64,000 nucleotides of DNA from contig JANOQI010000011.1 in NCBI GenBank assembly GCA_031414775.1, positions 30,188-94,187 of the forward strand, given 5' to 3'. The notes below the pieces were generated by a model that saw only the letters and a program-made list of their open reading frames with translations, had not been told where the DNA came from and did no database searches. This document shows, piece after piece, positions 63,522 to 64,000 of this stretch (position 1 is its first letter; each line of letters opens with the position of its first letter). This stretch comes from Synechococcales cyanobacterium VAR_4_metabat_354. GTDB lineage: Bacteria; Cyanobacteriota; Cyanobacteriia; Cyanobacteriales; Chamaesiphonaceae. A program made the translations under genes and the position numbers.

Positions 63522-63861
63522 TGAAAATCGCCGTTATTTCTTGTATTCATGGTAACTATGAAGCACTGAATGCTGTGTTGTCCGATATCGATAATCACAA
63601 TGCCGATAAAATATTTTGCTTAGGGGATTTGGTGGGCTATGGACCTTACCCCAACGCGGTGGTGGAAATGATTCGATCGCTAGATATTCCCACCTGCCAA
63701 GGTTGCTGGGATGAAGATATTGTAGAGGGGCTAAATGCTTGTGACTGTAGTTATCCTTCCGTATTAGCTGAAAACCGAGGGCGGATAGCTCATGCCTGGA
63801 CTGATCACAAAGTCAATCCTGAGGTGCGAGAGTACCTAGCTCAATTACCCCTAGCCCTAAA
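63521..63861 (+). pseudogene. metallophosphoesterase, apparently interrupted after about codon 113
   Basis: SCIHGN, LGDLVGYG and QGCWD motifs are present, but the expected downstream HGSP and GHTH motifs are absent; the ORF drifts into unrelated sequence and stops at 63967. Confidence 0.7.
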
Positions 63862-64000
63862 CAATACTCCGGACAGTTTTTTTGACGAGGCTGCAAGGCT
63901 TTCAGCACCTTTAATTCAGGAATTGGGATTTATTTCAATGTCTGGGATAATCCAGACATTGAAATAAATATCGAGCCTACGAGAGCATCAGGGCTTGCGC
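63862..64000. mobile_element. probable end of an IS/MITE-like insertion (continues beyond the window)
   Basis: Abrupt loss of protein similarity at CAATACTCCGGACAGTTTTTTTGAC; internal perfect 18-bp hairpin (63928-63969); no transposase visible in the window. Confidence 0.5.

Overview
Chromosomal segment of a cyanobacterium (amt1 with an NtcA box, petF-pcyA, por, cikA-like kinase, devBCA, very frequent CGATCG/HIP1-type words). It is mostly housekeeping and envelope genes: hemB, hom, clpC, guaA, ggt, rpsF, dps, cobB, ruvA, gyrA and tRNA-Pro(CGG). Small accessory or decaying pieces are mixed in: an AAA+/nuclease-like ATPase behind a perfect 27-bp inverted repeat, a TAXI pseudogene beside the tRNA, a dead HNH module next to an intact Phd/VapC toxin-antitoxin pair, a sugar ABC operon, and a Zur-box locus whose last gene is apparently cut by an insertion at the window end. 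The strongest candidate for an undescribed system is a 69-codon Lys/Arg-rich ORF (3974-4183). It has its own promoter, a KGKGGS motif, and a strong intrinsic terminator inside the reading frame upstream of the stop codon. That is the non-stop-mRNA architecture of the ArfA/BrfA-type ribosome-rescue factors. All calls are by eye from sequence motifs; no searches were run. Where a downstream ATG looked more plausible than the ORF-track start, I used it.
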